This document shows, one piece after another, positions 54,971 to 64,000 of a stretch of DNA of 64,000 nt (its first letter is position 1; every line of letters starts with the position of its first letter). The translations under genes and the position numbers were made by a program. The notes beneath the pieces are model-generated. The model worked only from the letters and a program-made list of their open reading frames with translations, ran no database searches and was not told the DNA's origin. The DNA is from Octopus vulgaris (Eukaryota): assembly GCA_951406725.2 (NCBI GenBank), contig OX597816.1, positions 14,198,001 to 14,262,000 of the forward strand. The letters run 5' to 3'.

Positions 54971-55807
54971 CTGCACACACACGCACACACACGCACACAC
55001 ACATATATACGTACATACTATGTATATATATATATATATATATATATTCATTCATATATATAAATATATATATATATATATGCGTATGTATATATACACC
55101 CACATATATGGTGATTATACATATATACATTCACACACGTACATAAACATGCATATATACATACATTGATATGTATACATATATACATATACATATATAT
55201 ACATATACATACATATATATATATATACATACATACATACATACATACATACATACATACATACATACATACATACATACATACATACATACATACATAC
55301 ATACATACATACATACATACAAATAAGTATGTAGTTATATGAATACGTTTACTTGCATTGATGCATGCGCGTGTGAATTTGTGTGTCCATATACCTAAAT
55401 GCATTTACACAGATACATGTATTCATACACACAAACACACACAACCACACACATACCTGCGCACACACAGACGCATACCCTCTCTCTCTCTCTCTCTCTC
55501 TCTCTGACACACATATATGTAAACGCACTATTAGCCAAACACCTGCATATGATAAAATTTTGCAAATGTTCAACTGTATTCCAATATTCCAATAAATTTA
55601 AATTCGTTCTCTTATTAAAAAAATGGAGAAACCCAAACGTTACCGACTGCTTCCTAGTTGTGCATTCATAAATGTTGGCATTGTACTAAAACGAAAGCAT
55701 TGAAAAAGCAATAAAATTCAGCCGGAAAAGCAGATACATGTATCTTTTTCCTCCCGCCTTTTTTCCCATCAATATTGCAAATCGACGCATATTGAAATTA
55801 ATGAAAA

Positions 55808-55872
<65 letters not shown>

Positions 55873-56694
55873 GATGAGAGTTAATAAAAATTTATATAAT
55901 ATAAATTTTTAGATTTTGAGAAGCAAAATTATATATTTACTTGTTGGTAAATAAATTTGGAAATAAACGAATTTTAAATTTTAGCAAAAAAAGAAAAAAT
56001 ACAGCAAAAAACCAAGACTGTACTTTACATTTTAATCGTAAATTACACGTAAAGGCATGCCCTATATCTACCATTTTCATAGTGAATATCAGATTTCTAT
56101 TGTTAGCCTATAATAGGTCAGCTTCTGCTTAAAGCGTTCCTGCTATGGCCATACAGCCTTTTTTTTTTATCAATGTAAGCAAGAGCACTATATTCAATTC
56201 TCGTTTCTTATATTTTTTTCAATGCAAGGTGCTAAGGTGTGTTTTGAAGAAGGTGGGTGGGAATAAGCCTGTTATTTTAAAGAGGTCATGTGATCATGTG
56301 AGGCTACCAACCGCCATTGTTTCGTGACAGGCTAGAATTCTCAATGTAACCCTAAGTTGTCCTTATTTAATTTGATCGTCGATAGAAATCTTCATTCTAA
56401 TGTGACCCATTCTGCCTTTTTTGTAGTTATATAACAACGCCATCCGTGTGTGGCCTATCATTTTCTTTTTCTCCCTTGTATATGATTTTTTAGGGTGTTT
56501 GGCTGCTATTTCTTGAAGATCTAGTTACAGCACAGAGACGCCCACCTTTGTTTGTGATAGGGTTGGATGTGTGTTAGTGGTAATTACTTATAAAATAGCC
56601 TAGGTGAATACAAATGAATAAATACAATTCTATACATATGGAGATAAATTTATATATATCTAAAGCGACATTTTTTTATAGTATTTAAATATCA

Positions 56695-56701
56695 GTTGTT
56701 G

Positions 56702-56732
<31 letters not shown>

Positions 56733-56761
56733 TAATGATGATGATAATTATTATCATCATC

Positions 56762-56805
<44 letters not shown>

Positions 56806-56837
56806 TGATGATGATAATAATAATAATAATTATAATA

Positions 56838-56895
<58 letters not shown>

Positions 56896-56907
56896 TTAAT
56901 GATGATG

Positions 56908-56980
<73 letters not shown>

Positions 56981-57001
56981 TAATAATAATAATAATAATA
57001 A

Positions 57002-57067
<66 letters not shown>

Positions 57068-57088
57068 CATTTTTATTATTATTATTAT
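56695..57088. repeat. (GAT)n/(AAT)n then (TTA)n microsatellite
   Basis: Directly visible, with a strand switch at ~57001. Confidence 0.95.
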
Positions 57089-57404
57089 TTATCTTTACTG
57101 TTGTTGTTATTTACAAGAGAGACCACGGAAAGTGCACGTTTTATAAATTTTCTGATTATGTCTGTTTTGCTTCATGTATTTATAACAGTGTTTTACTAAG
57201 CTTAAAAGTTTCCATCACTTTCTACTTCGTTCCATAGTTAATCTTTCGCTAATGAGCAACACGCACTTGATTCATTATGGTACAGATTTTCCATTAAGTC
57301 TTCGCTGTCGTTCAATAGTTAAGGTTCGTTAAAGCGCAACACTGAAATTTGTTTTTTTTAATAAGGTCAAGATTTCGATTAGGTTTTCGATTTCTTTCCA
57401 TAGT

Positions 57405-57825
57405 AGGCGCAGGAGTGGCTGTGTGGTAAGTAGCTTGCTAACCAGCCACATGGTTCCGGGTTCAGTCCCACTGCGCGGCATCTTGGGCAAGTGTCTTCCG
57501 CTATAGCCCCGGGCCAACCAATGCCTTGTGAGTGGATTTGGTAGACGGAAACTGAAAGAAGCCTGTCGTATATATGTATATATATATATGTATGTATGTG
57601 TGTGTATATGTTTTGTGTGTCTGTGTTTGTCCCTCTAGCATTGCTTGACAACCGATGCTGGTGTGTTTACGTCCCCCGTCACTTAGCGGTTCGGCAAAAG
57701 AGACCGATAGAATAAGTACTGGGCTTACAAAAGAATAAGTCCCGGGGTCAAGTTGCTCGATTAAAAGGCGGTGCTCCAGCATGGCCGCAGTCAAATGACT
57801 GAAACAAGTAAAAGAGTAAAAGAGA
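57405..57825 (+). mobile_element. SINE family A
   Basis: Full near-consensus copy. Confidence 0.92.
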
Positions 57826-58366
57826 GAAGAGTTAAGTTTACTTAAAGCATGTGCTTCGTGATAGGTAGATGAGTATAATAGTTTATTTATTATACTTTTA
57901 TGCTTTTACTGCGTAGATCACTTGAAAATAAAAATAGTGGCAATTATATAAGGTAAGAGAAGGGTCTGTGAATCTTCATTTATAACATAACAAGGCTACA
58001 GATTATGAAGGAAATAAAGACGATCTCACTGACATTAGTAAAAGACTAATATATATTTTATTGAAGGATAAATAGAACAGTCAGCGTTTGAGATTCGAAC
58101 CCCGAACGCAATGTATAGTAAACTATTTTGTCGTATGCTCTACAGATTCTGCCATTCCCTATGAGTAAGAAAGTGACGGCGTCGCTGTAATATACATGCA
58201 GGATTAAGCAGAATTTTAGGCAGACAGGTATTATTATGGGATAATCTAATTTAGCTTCTTTTTGAGTTTTATAATATTTTACGTATATGGTACACAAGAT
58301 AATACCTACCTACATGCATACATACATGCATACATACATACATACATACATACATACATACATACA

Positions 58367-58397
<31 letters not shown>

Positions 58398-58398
<1 letters not shown>

Positions 58399-58655
58399 CT
58401 CTTTTACTCTTTTACTTGTTTGTCATTTTACTGTGGCCGTGCTGGAGCACCGCCTTTAGTCGAGCAAATCGACCCCAGGACTTATTCTTTGTAAGCCTAG
58501 TACTTATTCTATCGGCCTCTTATGCCAAACCGCTAAGTTACGGGGACGTAAACACACCAGCATCAGTTGTCAAGTGTTGTTGGGGGGACAAACACAGACA
58601 CATAAACACACACACACACACACACACACGCGCGCACACACGCACACACACATAC

Positions 58656-58707
<52 letters not shown>

Positions 58708-59215
58708 TACACCACACCCCGAATTTAGAAATAGCAGTCAAAGAGTTATAGCTATTCTTTCTACTAAAAGGGAGATCTCAGTAAAAACACAGCACTTGAA
58801 AGGCAAGTGCTGTGTTTTTACTGAGATCTCCCTTTTAGTAGAAAGAATAGCTATAACTCTTTGACTGCTATTTCTAAATTCGGGGTGTGGTGAGGCAAAT
58901 CGTTGCTAAACCCTTAATTACTTAGTATTACTTAAACTTTCCTCGAATGAGGCTTTTACATGCCGAAATCTACTTGGTGAAATTAATGATTATTTCAAAT
59001 TAATTAATTTCACCCTATATTATTACTGATATATATATATATACATATATACGACGAGCTTCTTTCAGTTTCCGTCTACCAAATCCACTCACAAGGCTTT
59101 GGTCGGCCTGAGGCTATAGTAGAAGACTCTTGCCCAAGGTGCCACGCAGTGGGACTGAACCCGGAGTCATGTGGTTGGTAAGCAAGCTACTTACCACACA
59201 GCCACTCCTGCACCT
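58398..59215 (-). mobile_element. SINE family A interrupted by a fold-back element
   Basis: Tail half at 58398-58650 and head half at 59050-59215. Confidence 0.9.
58710..59028. repeat. Perfect 89-bp-arm palindrome (58710-58798 / 58804-58892, loop AAAGG) plus ~135-bp tail, in (TA)n
   Basis: The arms are exact reverse complements as far as I can read them. Confidence 0.93.
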
Positions 59216-59299
59216 ATATACATGCATGTACATATGTGTACATGCCTATACATAGGCATGTACACACACACATACACTCACACACATGTATATATATAT

Positions 59300-59530
59300 C
59301 ACGTGATTGGCTTGACAATTGGCTAGTTACCCCGCTGACTAGGTGAGCAGGTCAACATACCACCCCTTATCAGAAGGCTACTCAGTTGCAGGGTGTACCC
59401 AATTACAGGTGAGTGGACTGGAGCAACGGGAAATGAAGTTTTTTGCTCAAGACCACAACGCGCGACTGGTGTGAGAATCGAAACCGCAGTCAGGAGTACA
59501 GTATGTCTAAGCACTAAGCCTCACACCTTC
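59300..59530 (-). mobile_element. Diverged tRNA-derived SINE (family D-like)
   Basis: Minus-strand head GAAGGTGTGAGGCTTAGTGCTTAG..GGTTTCGATTC..GTTGTGGTCTTGAGCAA..GTTGCTCCAGTCCACTCA. Confidence 0.65.
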
Positions 59531-59538
59531 GCTATGTA

Positions 59539-59598
<60 letters not shown>

Positions 59599-59654
59599 AA
59601 ATTGATAGATAGATAGATATATATATAGATAGGCAGAAGACAGACAGAGACACT

Positions 59655-59692
<38 letters not shown>

Positions 59693-59972
59693 CGTGATAT
59701 ATTTCGCTCATAAATCGATGAGTAGAGCAGTGTTCCTCAAAGTAGTGGGCATCATCCCTGGTGACGGTGAAAAAAGTTATGGGTACATACAACAGAAGGG
59801 CGGTATCGGGAGGATGTACGCATCAGTACATTATTTGCTCTTCGTTTTTATTTAAACATCAATTAAAATGAATTGATGTAATTAAAAAAAAACAACTGCT
59901 TCTTAGTCCCAATGAACAACATCATTAACATCGGTACATGCATATACATATGCATGTACACACACATACACT

Positions 59973-60023
<51 letters not shown>

Positions 60024-60250
60024 CACGTGATTGCCTAGACAATTTAGTAATAGACATCGTTTTGTGAATATACAATAAACAAAACTATGTACAACTAATG
60101 TATGCAAATTACCAGTAATCAGCAATTAAATATATTAAAGATAAAAAAAATTTGTAATTATTTCCATACCTGCAATATAGGTAGCCATTGCACCTGTATC
60201 GTTTGATAAAGTCCCGACTCATTTGTATATACTTGAACGTTATTGATTCT

Positions 60251-60413
60251 AGGCGTAGGAGTGGCTGTGTGGTAAGTAGCTTGCTTACAAACCACATGGT
60301 TCTGGGTTCAGTCCCACTGCGTGGCAGCTTGGGCAAGTGTCTTCTACTAAAGCCTCGGGCCGACCAAAACCTTGTGAGTGGATTTGGTAGACGGAAACTG
60401 AAAGAAGCCCGTC

Positions 60414-60455
<42 letters not shown>

Positions 60456-60708
60456 GTGTGTGTGTATGTGTGCGTGCGTGCGTGCGTGCGTGTGTGTGTG
60501 TGTGTGTGTGTGTCCGTGTCCAACGTCGCTTGACAACGGATGCTGGTGTTTTTATGCCCCCGTAACATAGCGGTTCGGCAAAAGAGACCAATAGTATAAG
60601 TACTAGGCTTACAAAGAATAAGTCCTCGAGCCGATTTGTTCGACTAAAGGCGGTGATCCAGCATGGCCACAGTCAAATGACTGAAACAAGTAAAAGAGAG
60701 AAAGAGTA
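60251..60708 (+). mobile_element. SINE family A
   Basis: Full copy. Confidence 0.9.
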
Positions 60709-60761
60709 AAATCTGTTATTCTTATAATCAACCCACGCGTATAAACGGATATATATATATA

Positions 60762-61060
60762 TAGGAGTGGCTGTGTGGTAAGTAGCTTGCTTACCAACCA
60801 CATAGTTCCAGGATCAGTCCCTCTGCATGGCACCTTGGGCAAGTGTCTTCTACTATAGCTTCGGGCCGACCAAGGCCTTGTGAGTGGATTTGGTAAACGG
60901 AAACTGAAAGAAGCCCGTTGTGTGGCAAAAGTGACCGATAGAATAAGCACTAGGCTTACAAAGAATAAGTCCTGGGGTTGATTTGCTCGACTAAAAGCGG
61001 TGCTCCAGCATGGCCGCAGTCAAATGACTGAAACAACTAAAAGAGTAAAAGCGTTAAGAG
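60762..61060 (+). mobile_element. SINE family A lacking the internal microsatellite segment
   Basis: The head joins the tail at GAAGCCCGTTGTGTGGCAAAAG. Confidence 0.85.
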
Positions 61061-61558
61061 TTGAAACAAAATTAAACGGGGCGAATATTGCGTATAGAAA
61101 TTTAACAATTGAGGGAAGCGCTGAATCAGACCAAGGATGTGTTGGTAAGCATTGATAAAAGAAGAGGAGGGTTAGCTAACAAAACTTTGAGAAGTATTAG
61201 AGTAGAACATAACTCAAATAGTCACACAGTTCACTATAGGTGTAGAGTCAATATTTCTTTTAGCAGCCAGGTGATGGCTTACAAACTATAAAATTGTTTC
61301 AACAGGTCTTTCTATTATATCAGTCTCTCACTTGAGGAACTAGAATGGTTAATAATAAAAACGATATTTCGACATCTTGTTACCTCAATCCTTTATATAT
61401 TAACCAAAATGAAGTAGATTGCCAAAATTATTTTTTGAACCAGTTGAAGACACACAAGATGTCGAAATATCGTTCACTAGGTAACAATAGCACTCTTCTT
61501 TTAATTTTGACTCTATATCTTCAAGAGGAGTTACCTCAATCCTTTCTATATTAATACA

Positions 61559-61634
<76 letters not shown>

Positions 61635-61659
61635 TGGTATAATAATAATAATAATAATA

Positions 61660-62875
61660 AGCTTTAGCATCCTTCCACGAGCTTCTAAAGCTCGTGGATA
61701 AGGATGCTAAAGCTCGTGGAAAAGGATGCTAAAGCTCGTGGAAAAGGATGCTAAAGCTCGTGGAAAATCACGAGAGACGAAAGAAGCTTCATTCTATCAT
61801 CAAGGAAAGCAAAAAATTTGCTATTGATCTCGTGCAGGATACCCAAACTGAACAACCCGAGGGAAGTACGGCAACTATTGTTGCAAAGAAGGTGAAAATG
61901 ATGGCAATGAAAAAAGCGCACGAGCAATTGGCTGGTAGGTGGGAGGAGAAACCTCTGCACGGCAAATATGTGACCCGCAGCAAACAAGCTGATGTTGAAC
62001 CAGAAGCAAACCCATCAGTGGCTGCGGAGCTCAGGGCTAAAAGCAGAGAGCGAAGGTTTCATCCTGGCTGCTCAAGACCAAAGCCTATCAACCCGGAACT
62101 ACCAGGCCAATGTGATGAAAAATGGAGCAGACCCAAAATGCCGATTCTGCAACGACATGATTGAAACAGTGGACCACCTAATCTCTGGATGTAAAGTCTT
62201 AGCACCAGTGGAGTATAAATTAAGACATGACAGAGTTGGCCAATATCTCCACTGGCTAATAAGTCGGCATTACAATATCAAAACTGCCGACAAGTGGTAT
62301 AATCACCACCCTGAGGCTGTAACTGAAGGAGAAAATGTAACCATTCTGTGGGACTTTCCAGTACATACAGACCGAACCATCAAGGCCAATAAACCAGATA
62401 TTGTTGTGAAAGACCAAAACAATAAAGTTTGCTTATTGATCGACATGAGCATCCCCTGTGATCATAATATCTCAGCGAAAGAGTTTGACAAGCTCAGAAA
62501 ATATAAAGACCTATTCATTGAAATTGAGAAAATGTGGCATCTCAAGGCGGTTACAATACCAGTGATCGTAGGAGCACTAGGAATGATCAAGAAGGGAACC
62601 GAAAATTATATGAGAATGATCCCTGGCTTACCATCCCTGCAAGAAGTGCAAAAGATTGTCTTAACTGGTACATCACACGTATTGAGAAGAGCATTGTCGA
62701 TGTGAGAACTGTTGCTGCTCATGTATTTTAATTTAACTTTAAAAAAAAAAAAAAAAATGAACGAACTACTGAGTTTGGTTTAATGGCCTACCAATATACA
62801 CTATGAGTTTCTTTGCCCTAGGAGTCGGGAAGACACTCGGCAAGAAATGGAAGAAATTTGAAAGAAAAAAAAAAG
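61660..62875 (+). pseudogene. Young 5'-truncated R4/Dong-type RLE LINE in (AAT)n
   Basis: ORFs 61748-62164 and 61992-62705 are joined by one frameshift. Motifs are CRFC..H....C zinc knuckle, RHD, the KPDIVV..D..IP RLE site and KYKDL. (AAT)n lies on both sides. Confidence 0.93.
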
Positions 62876-62894
62876 TAATAATAATAATAATAAT

Positions 62895-63213
62895 AGAATA
62901 GGAAGCAATACATAGTCTTAATTGAGAAAGAAAGCAAACTATGCTGAATCAGATATAGCAAGCCCAGCTGACAACAAGGTATGCAATAAGGAAGAAAGAA
63001 AAGTCGATAGATATAACAGGTTAGCTTGTGGGGTTAAGCAGTTGCGGTCGATGAAAAAGGTGGTAGTAGTACCAGTAATTGTCGAAGCCCTGGGAACTGA
63101 ATAAAGGTCTTGAGAAGTACATGGGACAATTAGGGGCTGCAATAAGGATGGAGCACTTGCATAAAACAGCACTGATTGGAACCGATCGAATACTCCGGAA
63201 GGTGCTCGAAACA
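62895..63213 (+). pseudogene. R4/Dong-type LINE RLE fragment (second family)
   Basis: DIASPADNKVCNKEERKVDRY..VVVVPVIVEALGT. Confidence 0.78.
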
Positions 63214-63696
63214 AAGATCTCACGATCGTGAGCGCAACATTCCTAACCACTACGCCACGCGCTTTTTACATACACTCACGCACACAGACACGTGTACAGA
63301 CACGTGTATGAGTGTGTATGTGCGCGCGTGCACGTGTTATTACCAGAAATGGCTCCGTCGAATGTAGCTTTAATTTCTTTAGGTCGTTCTATTTTTCTCA
63401 GCTGATCAGTAGAGGGATTGAATAAACCTATCTGTAGAGTACCTGTAATGACTACTGGAAACAGCTGTAAGCCAAATTTGCTCGGATACAGGAAAGATAT
63501 TTAATGACCATTATCTATAACTTCTCTATAACTTTATTATCCTATAACTTTGCATACATACATACGTACATACATACATATATAAATATATAAACACACA
63601 CATACACACACACATATATATATATGTATGTATATATGTATGTATATATGTATGTATATATATATATGTATGTATGTATATATGTATGTATATATG

Positions 63697-63740
<44 letters not shown>

Positions 63741-63765
63741 TATATACATATATATACATACATAT

Positions 63766-63810
<45 letters not shown>

Positions 63811-63857
63811 TATATATACATATATATATATACATACACACACACACACATATATAT

Positions 63858-64000
63858 ACTCTCTCTTTACTCGTTTCAGTCATATGACTTCGGCCATGGT
63901 GGAGCACCACCTTTTAGTCGAGCAAATCGACCCCAGGACTTATTATTATTCTATCGATATCCTTTGCCGAACCACTAAGTTACGGGGACGCAAACACACC
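63858..64000 (-). mobile_element. SINE family A 3' end (runs off the window)
   Basis: Reverse complement of the tail. Confidence 0.8.

Noticed and set aside
55915-55985. EAKLYI...NKRILN as a PLE GIY-YIG C-terminus
   Set aside because: Too short and AT-rich to distinguish from chance.

Overview
AT-rich, repeat-saturated eukaryotic DNA with no host protein-coding exon, rRNA or intact tRNA gene that I can support. The SINE families, the very dense (TA)n/(CA)n/(ATAC)n/(ATAG)n/(AAT)n microsatellites and the LINE complement resemble an Octopus (cephalopod) intron or intergenic region; this is inferred from recalled repeat families, not from a search. Almost all long ORFs are microsatellite artefacts. 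The real coding remnants are transposon pseudogenes: R4/Dong-type RLE LINEs in (AAT)n, CR1-like and RTE LINEs, and Tc1/mariner pieces. Also present are 4-5 tRNA-derived SINE families (about 45 copies or fragments), a non-autonomous Helitron, MITEs with 8-bp target-site duplications (TSDs), a 1.86-kb near-perfect tandem duplication and a 100-N gap. The most interesting signals are (i) several minimal hammerhead-ribozyme motifs of the Penelope-like-element (PLE) type, one with a U3-A8 compensatory core, (ii) four unrelated non-coding fold-back elements in or beside (TA)n tracts, and (iii) a Meta-domain SINE whose tandem arrays restart at a fixed internal site. Coordinates were read by eye and are approximate at degraded ends.
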